A DNA stretch of 64,000 bases from an uncultured Acidimicrobiia bacterium (GTDB lineage Bacteria; Actinomycetota; Acidimicrobiia; Acidimicrobiales; AC-14). The position numbers were made by a program, and so were the translations under genes. The notes below the pieces were generated by a model that saw nothing but the letters and a program-made list of their open reading frames with translations, was not told the DNA's origin and ran no database searches. Each line of letters begins with the position of its first letter. Position 1 is the first letter of the stretch. Positions 9,852-19,860 of the stretch are shown here, piece after piece. The stretch spans positions 1-64,000 of the forward strand of contig CAWIIV010000020.1 in the NCBI GenBank assembly GCA_963836205.1, in the 5' to 3' direction.

Positions 9852-10678
9852 CACTGCGGGTGCGGGGGGTCGAGGTCGAGCTGGGCGGGATCAAGGTCGT
9901 GGCCGGGATCGACCTCGACGTCGCCGCCGGGCAGTTGGCGGCCGTGGTCGGTCCCAACGGCAGCGGGAAGACGACCCTGCTGCGGTCGGTGTACCGGTCG
10001 CTGCGGCCCCTGGCCGGCTCCGTCCGCCTCTCCGGGCCGGAGGGCGACGTCGACGTGTGGGCCCTCCCCCACCGTGAGGTCGCCCGCCGGATGGCGGTGC
10101 TCAACCAGGAGCGGGCCGACGATTTCGAGCTGTCGGTGACCGAGGTGGTGCTCACCGGGCGGACCCCCCACAAGCACCTGCTCGAGCGCGACTCGTCGGC
10201 CGACCACCGCCTGGTGGCCCGGCTTCTCGACCAGGTGGGGGTGGGGTGGGCCCGAGGCCGGTTCTTCTCGTCGCTGTCGGGCGGTGAGAAGCAGCGGGTG
10301 CTGCTGGCCAAGGCGCTAGCCCAGCAGACAGGCCTGCTCCTGCTCGACGAACCCACCAACCACCTCGACGTGGCCGCCCAGTGCGCCCTCCTCGACCTGC
10401 TGCGCGCTCTGGTCGAGGACGAGGGGCTGACCGTCGTGGCCGTCCTCCACGACCTCAACCTGGCCGCCGCCTACGCCGACCACATGGTCGTCCTCGACCA
10501 CGGGCGGGTGGCGGCCGCCGGTCCGCCGGCGACGGTGCTCACCGAGGAGATGGTCATGGCCGTCTTCGGCGTCCGGGCTCACTGCGGCATCCACCCCGAG
10601 ACCGGGACCCTCCACGTCGCCGTTCACATGGGCCGGACCGCGCCCCGGCCCGTCGGCCTGCCCCGGGGAGGTCAGTGA
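9848..10678 (+). CDS. FecE-type ABC ATPase
   Basis: GPNGSGKT, LSGGEKQR, DEPTNHLD; ATGA overlap. Confidence 0.95.
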   Translation: MTLRVRGVEVELGGIKVVAGIDLDVAAGQLAAVVGPNGSGKTTLLRSVYRSLRPLAGSVRLSGPEGDVDVWALPHREVARRMAVLNQERADDFELSVTEVVLTGRTPHKHLLERDSSADHRLVARLLDQVGVGWARGRFFSSLSGGEKQRVLLAKALAQQTGLLLLDEPTNHLDVAAQCALLDLLRALVEDEGLTVVAVLHDLNLAAAYADHMVVLDHGRVAAAGPPATVLTEEMVMAVFGVRAHCGIHPETGTLHVAVHMGRTAPRPVGLPRGGQ

Positions 10679-11547
10679 TGGCGGTCGACTTCCACGCCGA
10701 GGAGATGCGGGCCACGTGGGACTACTGGTCCGAGGCCTACGATCGGGGCGAGGGGATCGGCTTCGCCACGCCGGGGATGGAGGCGGCCTGGCTGTCCGAC
10801 ATGGCCCGGCTGTTCGGCCACCCGGCGGCGGACCCGACCGCGGGACGGCTGCGCATCCTCGACCTGGCGTGCGGGACGGGCCAGCTCACCCTCACCCTGG
10901 CCCGGCTCGGCCACCACGTTCAGGCCCTCGACCTGTCCCTCGCGATGCTGCGGGCGGCGGAGGCCAAGGCGGGCGCCCTCGGCCTGCCGGTCAGCTTCCA
11001 TCGGGGCGAGGCCCACGCCCTGCCGTTCGCCGACGGCTCGTTCGACGTCGTGGTCAGCAAGATGCTGCTGTGGACCCTTTACGACCCGGAGTCGGCAGTC
11101 GTCGAGTGGCGCCGGGTGACCGCCCCCGGCGGTCGGGTCATGGGCATCGACGCCCTGTGGTTCGGTCGCCAGACGGTCGCCGAGCACGTGGCCTGGCCGG
11201 CCTACCGGTGCTGGGTCGCCCTGGCCCAGGCCCGGGACCGCCTGCGCCTTCGCCTGCGACGGGGCGCCTTTCCGGGCCCGCCTCCCCCGCCTCGCCCCTC
11301 GTCGGAGCAGCCGCCCGGCCGCCGCTGGACCAGCACCGATCCCATCGTCGGGATCTTCACCGCCTCAGGCGACGAGCGCCCGAGTCTCGACTGGCTGACC
11401 TCCGTCAACCAGCGCATCCGATTCGAGGAAGGCCCGGTTCGGCGCCAGGTCCGCCGGACCAAGCCGTTCTTCGTGGTGACTGCCGTGCGGCCCGGATCAG
11501 CCGAGCCAGGTGGCCGGGACGACGTCCGGTCTCGCCTCGTCGGCTGA
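10678..11547 (+). CDS. Class I SAM-dependent methyltransferase (UbiE-like)
   Basis: ILDLACGTG, LPFADGSFDVV, EWRRVTAPGG; TGATG coupling. Confidence 0.9.
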   Translation: MAVDFHAEEMRATWDYWSEAYDRGEGIGFATPGMEAAWLSDMARLFGHPAADPTAGRLRILDLACGTGQLTLTLARLGHHVQALDLSLAMLRAAEAKAGALGLPVSFHRGEAHALPFADGSFDVVVSKMLLWTLYDPESAVVEWRRVTAPGGRVMGIDALWFGRQTVAEHVAWPAYRCWVALAQARDRLRLRLRRGAFPGPPPPPRPSSEQPPGRRWTSTDPIVGIFTASGDERPSLDWLTSVNQRIRFEEGPVRRQVRRTKPFFVVTAVRPGSAEPGGRDDVRSRLVG

Positions 11548-12366
11548 CACGTTCGACGCCGGCCCCGACGCCTGGGCGAGGAGCCAGCGGCACCACTCGT
11601 CAACGCCCTCGCCGGTACGGGCGCTGGCCCTGATCACACGGGCCGTGGGGTTCACGTGGTGGAGGTTGTCGAGGAACGCGGCCATGTCGAAGTCGAGGTG
11701 GGGAAGGAGGTCGACCTTGTTGACCACCACCACGTCGGCCGCCCGGAACATCACCGGGTACTTGAGCGGCTTCTCCTCCCCCTCGGTGACGGCGTAGACC
11801 ATCGCCACCGCATGTTCGCCGACCTTGAACTCGGCCGGGCACACCAGGTTGCCGACGTTCTCGATCACGAGCAGCTCCACGTCGTCGAGGTGCAGGCGGC
11901 GCAGACCGGCCTGCACCATGACTGCGTCGAGATGGCACTCGCCGCCGAAGCCCTGGCTCGTGTTGACCAGGGCGATCTCGGCACCGTAGCCCTCGAGCTG
12001 GTCGGCGTCGATGCTGGTGGCGATGTCGCCCTCGAGGATGCCGAGCCGGAGTTTGCCTCCGATCGACTCGAGCGTCTTCCTGAGCAACGTCGTCTTGCCG
12101 GCGCCCGGCGACGACATCAGGTTGACCGCCCTGACCCCCGCCGCCGCCAGGGCGCGGCCGTTCTCACCGGCCACTCGGTCGTTCTCGGCCAGGATGTCTT
12201 CGAGCACCGCGACCCGTGAGCGGCCCGTGGCCACGTATTCGCTGTGGTCGCCCACATCGCGATGGCTGTGGTCGTGCCCTCCGCCATCGTGCCCGTGGTC
12301 GTGCCCGTGTTCGGCGGGACCGTGGTTGTGTGTCGTACCTTCGGAATGCGGGTGGAACCGGCCCAT
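11497..12366 (-). CDS. hypB: Nickel-insertion GTPase HypB with His-rich N-terminus
   Basis: SSPGAGKT, CHLDA, ENVGNLVCPA, KPLKYP, NKVDL, SARTGEG. Confidence 0.95.
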   Translation of the reverse strand: MGRFHPHSEGTTHNHGPAEHGHDHGHDGGGHDHSHRDVGDHSEYVATGRSRVAVLEDILAENDRVAGENGRALAAAGVRAVNLMSSPGAGKTTLLRKTLESIGGKLRLGILEGDIATSIDADQLEGYGAEIALVNTSQGFGGECHLDAVMVQAGLRRLHLDDVELLVIENVGNLVCPAEFKVGEHAVAMVYAVTEGEEKPLKYPVMFRAADVVVVNKVDLLPHLDFDMAAFLDNLHHVNPTARVIRASARTGEGVDEWCRWLLAQASGPASNVSADEARPDVVPATWLG

Positions 12367-12550
12367 GGCTGACCTCCGGCGGAGACTGCCGACCCGACAG
12401 GGTCGACCTGGGGTGGACAAATGCAACCTACTAGTAGCAGGAGTGGCCTCGCTTATAGGAGCGCCGACGTGGCGGTAAGCGCCGTGATCTTGTCCCGCCA
12501 TCCCGGCAGGGTTGTTGACCGCCTGGGCCGGATGTTGCGGACCCTCGTTT

Positions 12551-12569
12551 TAGGCCGCAGCTAGGCCGC
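12551..12569. repeat. TAGGCCGC direct repeat with 11-bp period; integrase arm-site-like
   Basis: taggccgc-agc-taggccgc, about 110 bp from the split tRNA. Confidence 0.4.
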
Positions 12570-12677
12570 GGCAGCCCATGAAACAGCGTGATCCGCCGTG
12601 ATCGGCCGGGACCGAAAACAGCAGGTCACGGGGCATATTCCCCCATCGTCGCAGGTCAGCGAAGTGGCCGGAGAAGA

Positions 12678-12715
12678 TTAGGAAACTGTTGCTCTATCCC
12701 CTGAGCTACGAGGGC
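12678..12715 (-). tRNA. 5' half only of tRNA-Arg(CCT), truncated at the anticodon loop (att-like fragment)
   Basis: Minus strand GCCCTCGTAGCTCAGGGGATAGAGCAACAGT-TTCCTAA, followed by TCTTC instead of the pairing ACTGT; no T-arm. Confidence 0.85.
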
Positions 12716-12901
12716 TGGAAACAAGAACCCGGGTCAGAGGCGATGCGGACGGCCCCGACTTCAGACTCCCCTGCGGTCTGGGGCGCTCGGGCCGCGAGAG
12801 GCTCGGCGGGGCCACGCTAGCGGTCGAAGCCTGACCCAGCAGGGTGGTTTCGCAGCACGACAGCGCGATGCCTTGACAGCCCCCTTCCGCGAGAGCGTCG
12901 G

Positions 12902-15310
12902 TCAGGTGCCGACGTAGGCCGCGAGGTGCTCGCCGGTGAGGGTGGAGCGGGCGGCCACGAGGTCGGCGGGTGTGCCCTCGAAGACGATCCGGCCGCCGTC
13001 GTGGCCGGCGCCGGGGCCGAGGTCGATGACCCAGTCGGCGTGGGCCATGACCGCCTGGTGGTGCGTGATGACGATGACCGACTTGCCGGAGTCGGCGAGC
13101 CGGTCGAGCACGCCGAGCAGCTGCTCGACATCGGCGAGGTGCAGGCCCGTGGTCGGCTCGTCGAGGACGTAGACGTCGCCCTTCTCGGCCATGTGGGTGG
13201 CCAGCTTGAGCCGCTGCCGCTCGCCGCCGGACAACGTGGTGAGCGGTTGGCCGAGGCTGATGTAGCCGAGCCCGACGTCGGCCAGCCGGTCGAGGATGGC
13301 GTGGGCGGCCGGCGTGTGCGCCTCGCCGGCGCCGAAGAACTCCTTGGCATCGGTCACCGACATCGCCAGCACCTCGCTGATGTTGCGGCCGCCGAGGCGG
13401 TAGTCGAGCACCGACGCCTCGAACCGCTTCCCCTCGCACACCTCGCAGGTGGTGGCGACGGTGGCCATCATCCCGAGGTCGGTGTAGATGACGCCGGCAC
13501 CGTTGCAGTTGGGGCAGGCGCCCTCGGAGTTGGAGCTGAACAGCGCCGGCTTCACGCCGTTGGCCTTGGCGAACGCCTTGCGGATCGGGTCGAGCAGTCC
13601 GGTATACGTCGCCGGGTTGCTCCGTCGGGAGCCGCGGATCGCGCTCTGGTCGATCGACACCACACCCGCGCCCGCCGGCCCAGACCGATGTGGCATCGAC
13701 CCGTGCACGAGCGAGCTCTTGCCGGAGCCGGCGACGCCGGTGACCACGCAGAGCACCCCGAGCGGGATGTCGACGTCGACGTCCTGCAGGTTGTGGGTGG
13801 TCGCGCCGCGGATCTCCAGCGTGCCGGTGGGTGTGCGGACGGTGTCCTTGAGCGCGTGCCGGTCGTCGAGGTGGCGGCCGGTGATGGTGCCGCTGGCCCG
13901 CAGGCCCTCGACGGTGCCCTCGTAGCAGATGGTGCCGCCCTCGGTGCCGGCGCCGGGGCCGAGGTCGACGACGTGGTCGGCGATGGCGATCGCCTCCGGC
14001 TTGTGCTCGACGACGAGCACCGTGTTGCCCTTGTCGCGCAGCTGCAGCAACAGCTCGTTCATCCGCTGGATGTCGTGGGGGTGCAGGCCGATGGTGGGCT
14101 CGTCGAAGACGTAGGTGACGTCGGTGAGCGAGGAGCCGAGGTGCCGGATCATCTTGGTGCGCTGCGCCTCGCCGCCCGACAGCGTGCCCGACGACCGGTC
14201 GAGCGAGAGGTAGCCCAGCCCGATCTCCACGAACGAGTCGAGGGTGTGCAGCAGCGCCGCGAGCAACGGCGCCACCGACGGCTCGTCGAGGCCACGGACC
14301 CAATCGGCGAGGTCACTGATCTGCATCGCGCAGGCGTCGGCGATGTTCTTGCCCTCGATCTTCGACGACCGGGCCGCCTCCGCGAGCCGGGTGCCATCGC
14401 ATTCGGGACAGGTGGTGAAGGTGACCGCCCGTTCCACGAACGCCCGGATGTGGGGCTGCATCGCCTCGGGGTCCTTGGCCAGGAACGACTTCTGGATCTT
14501 CGGGATCAATCCCTCGTAGGTCAGGTTGACGCCGTCGACCTTCACCTTCACCGGCTCCTTGTAGAGGAAGTCTTTGAGCTCCTTCTTGGTGTAGTCACGT
14601 ATCGGCTTGTCCGGGTCGACGAAGCCCGACTCGGCATAGACCCGCACCGTCCAGAAGCTGTCCGACTTCCAGCCGGGGATGGTGAACGCGCCCTCGGAAA
14701 GCGACTTGGAGTCGTCGTAGAGCTGGGTGAGGTCGATGTCGGAGACCGTGCCCCGACCTTCGCAGCGCGGGCACATGCCGCCGGTGATGCTGAAGCTCCG
14801 CCGCTCCCTCGTCGTGGTGCCACCGCGCTCGAAGGTGACGGCCCCCGATCCTGAGATCGACGCGACGTTGAACGAGTACGCCTGCGGCGAGCCGATGTGC
14901 GGCTGCCCAAGTCGGCTGAACAGGATGCGGAGCATGGCGTTGGCGTCGGTGGCGGTGCCCACCGTGGATCGAACGTTGGCGCCCATCCGCTCCTGGTCGA
15001 CGATGATCGCGGTCGTCAGTCCCTCGAGGACGTCGACCTCGGGACGGGCGAGCGTCGGCATGAAACCCTGGAGGAAGGCGCTGTAGGTCTCGTTGATCAT
15101 GCGCTGCGACTCGGCGGCGATGGTGCTGAACACCAGCGAGCTCTTGCCCGAGCCGGAAACGCCGGTGAACACCGTCAGCCGGCGCTTCGGGAGCTCGATG
15201 CTGATGTCCTTGAGGTTGTTCACGCGCGCGCCGTGCACGCGGATCAGATCGTGGCTGTCGGCCAGGTGCGACGCAGGCGGCCGCGTCTTCGTCCTCGTGT
15301 CGATGCTCAT
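12902..15310 (-). CDS. Class II UvrA-like ATPase (UvrA2/DrrC-like)
   Basis: Two ABC domains (GVSGSGKS, GVAGSGKS), LSGGE x2, CxxC zinc fingers; 802 aa, shorter than canonical UvrA. Confidence 0.92.
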   Translation of the reverse strand: MSIDTRTKTRPPASHLADSHDLIRVHGARVNNLKDISIELPKRRLTVFTGVSGSGKSSLVFSTIAAESQRMINETYSAFLQGFMPTLARPEVDVLEGLTTAIIVDQERMGANVRSTVGTATDANAMLRILFSRLGQPHIGSPQAYSFNVASISGSGAVTFERGGTTTRERRSFSITGGMCPRCEGRGTVSDIDLTQLYDDSKSLSEGAFTIPGWKSDSFWTVRVYAESGFVDPDKPIRDYTKKELKDFLYKEPVKVKVDGVNLTYEGLIPKIQKSFLAKDPEAMQPHIRAFVERAVTFTTCPECDGTRLAEAARSSKIEGKNIADACAMQISDLADWVRGLDEPSVAPLLAALLHTLDSFVEIGLGYLSLDRSSGTLSGGEAQRTKMIRHLGSSLTDVTYVFDEPTIGLHPHDIQRMNELLLQLRDKGNTVLVVEHKPEAIAIADHVVDLGPGAGTEGGTICYEGTVEGLRASGTITGRHLDDRHALKDTVRTPTGTLEIRGATTHNLQDVDVDIPLGVLCVVTGVAGSGKSSLVHGSMPHRSGPAGAGVVSIDQSAIRGSRRSNPATYTGLLDPIRKAFAKANGVKPALFSSNSEGACPNCNGAGVIYTDLGMMATVATTCEVCEGKRFEASVLDYRLGGRNISEVLAMSVTDAKEFFGAGEAHTPAAHAILDRLADVGLGYISLGQPLTTLSGGERQRLKLATHMAEKGDVYVLDEPTTGLHLADVEQLLGVLDRLADSGKSVIVITHHQAVMAHADWVIDLGPGAGHDGGRIVFEGTPADLVAARSTLTGEHLAAYVGT

Positions 15311-15543
15311 CGTCTCTCCATCTGTTGGGCGAGGCCGCCCGCGGTCTTCGCCGGCGTCGCCTGGCTCGATCTAACCAGCTTCGAGCACCCTCTCTGATTC
15401 TCCTTCGGTTCGGCCGGTGGAGCCCCTGGCCCGGCCGCGCCGCGCGCCGTCCAGCGGAGGCGTGAGACCAACTGGCGGCCGTCGCTCCTCGCGGCCGGGC
15501 GGTACCCAGACCCAAGCTCGGTGTCGCGCCGCGCTGGTCGGCC

Positions 15544-15900
15544 CTACTGATCCTGAAGCAGCCCGAGGACGTTGCCATCGGGATCGGTGACGGTGGCAAC
15601 CAGACGGCCGCCACCGACGTCGTGCGCAGGCTCCTTCACGGTGGCACCCGCGGCGGTGACCTCGGCCAGCTTCCCCTCGATGTCCGACACGTGCCAGAAG
15701 GCCACCGGTGAAGTCATGGCCTGCGGTCCACCGCCGGGCACCAGGCCGATGTGCTGGCCCGCGGCCTCGAAGCCAACGTAGTAGGACCCATCGGTCTGCG
15801 GTGGCATGCCGAGGAGGGCGGCGTACACCTTCTTGGCCGCCGCCAGGTCGGAGACGGGGTGCAGCACGGTCATGATTCCCTGGGTGGAAGATCCGGTCAT
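15544..15900 (-). CDS. VOC/glyoxalase family protein
   Basis: PVSDLAAAKKVY ... DPDGNVLGL. Confidence 0.88.
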   Translation of the reverse strand: MTGSSTQGIMTVLHPVSDLAAAKKVYAALLGMPPQTDGSYYVGFEAAGQHIGLVPGGGPQAMTSPVAFWHVSDIEGKLAEVTAAGATVKEPAHDVGGGRLVATVTDPDGNVLGLLQDQ

Positions 15901-16241
15901 GGTCACTCCTGAAGTCGTGCGTCGGGTCGGTTGTCTGACTTGATGACGAACGGGAAGCACGGAACGTGACCGCCCGATGGGCGATTATCGCCGTTGGCCC
16001 TTCGTCCTAACCGGGCCGCCAGGCACGACGGCGTCACCGCCGTCGCGCGCGGTGCCGCTTGGCACGGAGACGACACCAGGCCGTCACCGGCACCGAGCCG
16101 GCAAGGGCGGAGGGGCCCACGTTTCGCCTCCTTCGACCAGCGCGCCGACGGGAGTCGGATCGGTCCCACCGGCGGCGACGTCCGGGGACCGGGTGGCCAC
16201 GCGTCCGGGGCGGCCGGACCGGCCGGTAGCGTCGAGGGCCA

Positions 16242-17183
16242 ATGGCCAGCATCGTGGTGGCCCGGGGGTTGACCAAGCGGTACCCCGGGGTGACCGCCCT
16301 CGACAACGTCGACCTCGACCTGCCCGCCGGGCGGGTGGGCCTGGTGGGGGCCAACGGGGCCGGCAAGACGACCCTCTTCCGGCTCCTCCTCGGGCTCAGC
16401 CGGCCCGACGCGGGCACGATCGAGGTCTGCGGCATCCCCGTGGCCGACGACCCCATCGCCGTCCGCAGCCGCATCGGCTACATGCCCGAGCACGACTGCC
16501 TCCCGCTCGACCAGACCGCGGCCGACGTGGTCGCCACCTTCGGCGAGCTCGGGGGGCTGCCGGTGCGGGCCGCCCGCCAGCGAGCGTCGGAGGTGCTCGA
16601 CCTGGTCGGCCTGGACGAGGCCCGTTTCCGACCGGTCGGCGGCTTCTCCACCGGCATGCGCCAGCGGACCAAGCTGGCCCAGGCCATCGTGGCCGACCCC
16701 AAGCTCGTCCTCCTCGACGAGCCGACCGCGGGGCTGGACCCGTCCGGACGGGAGGAGATGCTCGCCCTCGTCGCCCGCCTGGCCAGCTTCGGCATCGCGG
16801 TGGTCCTCGCCACCCACCTCCTCGACGACGTGGCCCGGGTGTGCGACCACGTGGTGATGCTCGACGCCGGCCGCCTCGTCACCGACGCCCCCACCACGAC
16901 CCTCCTCCGCCAGACGGGAGCGGTCGTCGTCGACGTCGGGCCGGCCGCTGTCCCCGGCCTCGTCGCCGCCCTCGCCGCCCGGGGCCTGGCCGTCAACGCC
17001 CCCGACCACGGGGGGACTCTGGAGGTGACCGTCGCCGCCGAGGCCGACCTCGACGTCATCCGGGACGTGGTGGCCGACCTCGGCCTGCCCCTGCACCGGC
17101 TCACCAACCGGTTGACGTCGCTCGACGACGTCTTCGTCCACCGGGCGCCGGCCGCCGAGCCCGCGCCCGCGCCCACGCCATGA
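16242..17183 (+). CDS. ABC-2 type ATPase
   Basis: GANGAGKT, FSTGMRQR, DEPTAGLD. Confidence 0.93.
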   Translation: MASIVVARGLTKRYPGVTALDNVDLDLPAGRVGLVGANGAGKTTLFRLLLGLSRPDAGTIEVCGIPVADDPIAVRSRIGYMPEHDCLPLDQTAADVVATFGELGGLPVRAARQRASEVLDLVGLDEARFRPVGGFSTGMRQRTKLAQAIVADPKLVLLDEPTAGLDPSGREEMLALVARLASFGIAVVLATHLLDDVARVCDHVVMLDAGRLVTDAPTTTLLRQTGAVVVDVGPAAVPGLVAALAARGLAVNAPDHGGTLEVTVAAEADLDVIRDVVADLGLPLHRLTNRLTSLDDVFVHRAPAAEPAPAPTP

Positions 17184-18085
17184 GCACCGGCGGGGCGGTC
17201 TACGACCGGGGCTACCGGCCCTACGAGGGCACCCTCGGCGGCCGGCGGGCGTCGACCCTGGCTCTCTACCGCACGTCGCTGCGGCGGGCCATCGGCCTGC
17301 GCCGGCCGTGGCGGCAGAAGATGGCGCCCGCCCTGCTGATCGCCATCGCGGTCATGCCGGCCGTGATCAACGTCGGCGTGGGCTACCTCACTCGCGACAC
17401 CCCCGCCGAGGGCTTCGAGTTCCTCACCTACCGGGAGTACGTGGGGGTGAGCAGCGCCCTGCTCCTCTTCGTCGCCCTCGTCGCCCCCGACCTCGTCTGC
17501 CCCGACCGCCGCCAGCGGGTGCTGCCCCTGATCTTCGCCCGTCCCCTCACCGGCCCCGACTACGCCCTGGCCAAGGTGGGAGCCATCTTCACCTGCGTGT
17601 TCGCCTTCTCGTTCCTGCCCCAGGTCGTGCTCTACCTGGGCCAGATGCTGGTGGGCGACGGTGCCCTGGCCTACCTCCGGGCGAACACCGCGGTCCTGTG
17701 GCAGGTCCCAGTGGCAGTCGCCGTGCTCGCCCTCTTCTATGCCGTCCTGAGCGTGGCGGTGGCATCGCTGAGCGGCCGCCGCATCGTCGCCGGGGCGACT
17801 CTTCTGGGCATCACCCTGGTCTCCTCGAGCGTCGCCGCCATCATCGTGGAGTCCAGTGGGCCCGGCGGGCCGGATGTCGACCGGCCCGGGCACCCGGCGG
17901 CCTTGCTCAACATCCTCGCCCTCCCCCTGTACGTGCGCGACCTGGTCTTCCTGGGCCACCTCGACGACGACTCGGCCTTGTCGGGAGTCACCGGCGGCGG
18001 GGCGATGGCCATCGCCGCCTATCTCGCGGTGGTGGCCGCGGGAATCGCCGTTCTGCTCGTGCGGTACCGATCGGCGGAAGCATGA
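17180..18085 (+). CDS. ABC-2 type permease
   Basis: Multiple TM helices, YDRGYRPY N-terminus, ARPLT..DY motif; ATGA overlaps on both sides. Confidence 0.85.
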   Translation: MSTGGAVYDRGYRPYEGTLGGRRASTLALYRTSLRRAIGLRRPWRQKMAPALLIAIAVMPAVINVGVGYLTRDTPAEGFEFLTYREYVGVSSALLLFVALVAPDLVCPDRRQRVLPLIFARPLTGPDYALAKVGAIFTCVFAFSFLPQVVLYLGQMLVGDGALAYLRANTAVLWQVPVAVAVLALFYAVLSVAVASLSGRRIVAGATLLGITLVSSSVAAIIVESSGPGGPDVDRPGHPAALLNILALPLYVRDLVFLGHLDDDSALSGVTGGGAMAIAAYLAVVAAGIAVLLVRYRSAEA

Positions 18086-19020
18086 GCGTGAGCGACCCCG
18101 CCTTCGTCGCCGACGCCACCGTCGTGGTCGACCAGGCCTCGGTCTGGTTCGGCCAGCAGGTGGCCCTCTCGGAGCTGGCGTGCTCGTTCGGACCCGGCGT
18201 CACCGGCCTGCTCGGGCCCAACGGCGCCGGGAAGAGCACCCTCATGCGGGCCATTACCGGTCTCATCGGCGTGAACGCGGGGCGGGTGACGGTGGAGGGC
18301 CACGACCCCCGCACCGACCGCGACGTCCACCGCCGCATCGCCCTGGTGCCGGAGGACGAGGCCGTCCCCGCCCGCCTCACCGCCCGCCAGCTGGTCCGCT
18401 ACGTGGCCGACCTCCACGGGGTGGCCGGCGCCGACGACGCCGCCGAGCGGGCGCTCGAATCGGTCGACCTGATGCCGGCCGCCGACCGCCGGCTGGCCGG
18501 GTTCAGCAAGGGGATGCGCCAGCGGGCCAAGGTGGCGGCGGCTCTGGTCACCGACCCTCCGGTGCTCGTGCTCGACGAGCCCCTCAACGGCGCCGACCCG
18601 GTGCAGCGGCTGCGGCTCTGCGACCTGTTCCGCCGGCTGGGGGCGGAGGGGCGGACGGTGATCGTGAGCTCCCACGTGCTGTCGGAGGTCGAGCTGCTGG
18701 CCGACCGGGTGCTGGTGCTGATCCACGGCCGCCTGGCTGCGGCCGGCAACCACCGAGCCATCCGCGACGCCATGGACGACCGTCCCCGGCACGTCCTCAT
18801 CCGGGCCGACGAGCCCCGCCGTCTGGCCGCGGCCCTGCTCGACGTCGACACGGTGGCCGGCGTGAGCTTCACCGAGGCCGGGCTGGTGGTCACCACCGAC
18901 CGGGCCGGCGACCTCGCCCTGGCCGTGGCCCCGGTTGCCCGAAAGCTGGGCGTGCGCCTGCGGGAGGTCCGTCCCCTCGACGACTCGCTCGAGAGCCTGT
19001 TCCGGGAGCTGGTGCGATGA
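18082..19020 (+). CDS. ABC-2 type ATPase
   Basis: GPNGAGKS, FSKGMRQR, DEPLNGAD, SSH. Confidence 0.93.
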   Translation: MSVSDPAFVADATVVVDQASVWFGQQVALSELACSFGPGVTGLLGPNGAGKSTLMRAITGLIGVNAGRVTVEGHDPRTDRDVHRRIALVPEDEAVPARLTARQLVRYVADLHGVAGADDAAERALESVDLMPAADRRLAGFSKGMRQRAKVAAALVTDPPVLVLDEPLNGADPVQRLRLCDLFRRLGAEGRTVIVSSHVLSEVELLADRVLVLIHGRLAAAGNHRAIRDAMDDRPRHVLIRADEPRRLAAALLDVDTVAGVSFTEAGLVVTTDRAGDLALAVAPVARKLGVRLREVRPLDDSLESLFRELVR

Positions 19021-19781
19021 GTGAGCGGGCGAGATCCACAACCACCGCCCGCTCACGGACGCCGCTGGCCGCGGTCGTGGGGTACACGCTGCGCGTCTGT
19101 GTGCCGGCCCGGCGGGTGCTGCTCCTGCTACCGGTGGCGGGAGCAGTGCTGTTCGGGCTGCTGTCCCGCCTGTCGGACGACGGCCCCACCACGGCGTTCG
19201 CCCAGGTGGGAGGCACCGCCCTGCACACGCTGGTCCTGCCGATCACGTGCCTGGTCGTCGGCGACGCCCTCCTGGGGGCAGAGATCCGTTCCGGCGTGTT
19301 CGCCTTCACCTGGCTCAGCCCGGTGCGCTACTCGACCATCGTCCTCGGCCGGTGGGTGGGCGGAATTCTCATCGCGGCCGCCATCCTGGTTCCCGCGGCA
19401 GCCGCGGCCGCCATCCTGGCGGGGGCGCCGGGGAGCGCGGGGGCGGCGGTGCTCGCCTCCGTGGCCGGGGCGGCCGCCTACCTCGGGCTGTTCCTGGCCA
19501 TCGGGGCCACGTTCAAGCGTCCGGTGGTGTGGTCGCTGGCCCTCGTCATCATCGTCGAGCGGCTCCTGGGCGCAGCCCTGGCCGGGCTGGCCCAACTGTC
19601 GCCCGGCTGGCTGGCCCAGGCGGTGCTGGTCGGGCTCACCGACGCCGATCCCGGCCTCCAGCGGGAGGGCATCCCCCACGGTTGGGCGGCGGTGGTGCGG
19701 CTGGCACTGGTGGCCGCCGTCGGCCTCGCCATCGCCACCCGCCGCCTCCGCCGCCTCCGCCCCGGGTCCGCGGCCGACTGA
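19017..19781 (+). CDS. ABC-2 type permease
   Basis: About six TM helices, EIRSG..F.W.SPV motif; ATGA overlap. Confidence 0.85.
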   Translation: MSERARSTTTARSRTPLAAVVGYTLRVCVPARRVLLLLPVAGAVLFGLLSRLSDDGPTTAFAQVGGTALHTLVLPITCLVVGDALLGAEIRSGVFAFTWLSPVRYSTIVLGRWVGGILIAAAILVPAAAAAAILAGAPGSAGAAVLASVAGAAAYLGLFLAIGATFKRPVVWSLALVIIVERLLGAALAGLAQLSPGWLAQAVLVGLTDADPGLQREGIPHGWAAVVRLALVAAVGLAIATRRLRRLRPGSAAD

Positions 19782-19860
19782 CCCCACCGAGCCCGGCCGG
19801 CGGAAGTACCTTGGCCCGGGTCCGCCCTGCTGGGGGCGGCGGTTGACGAGGAGGCACGTG

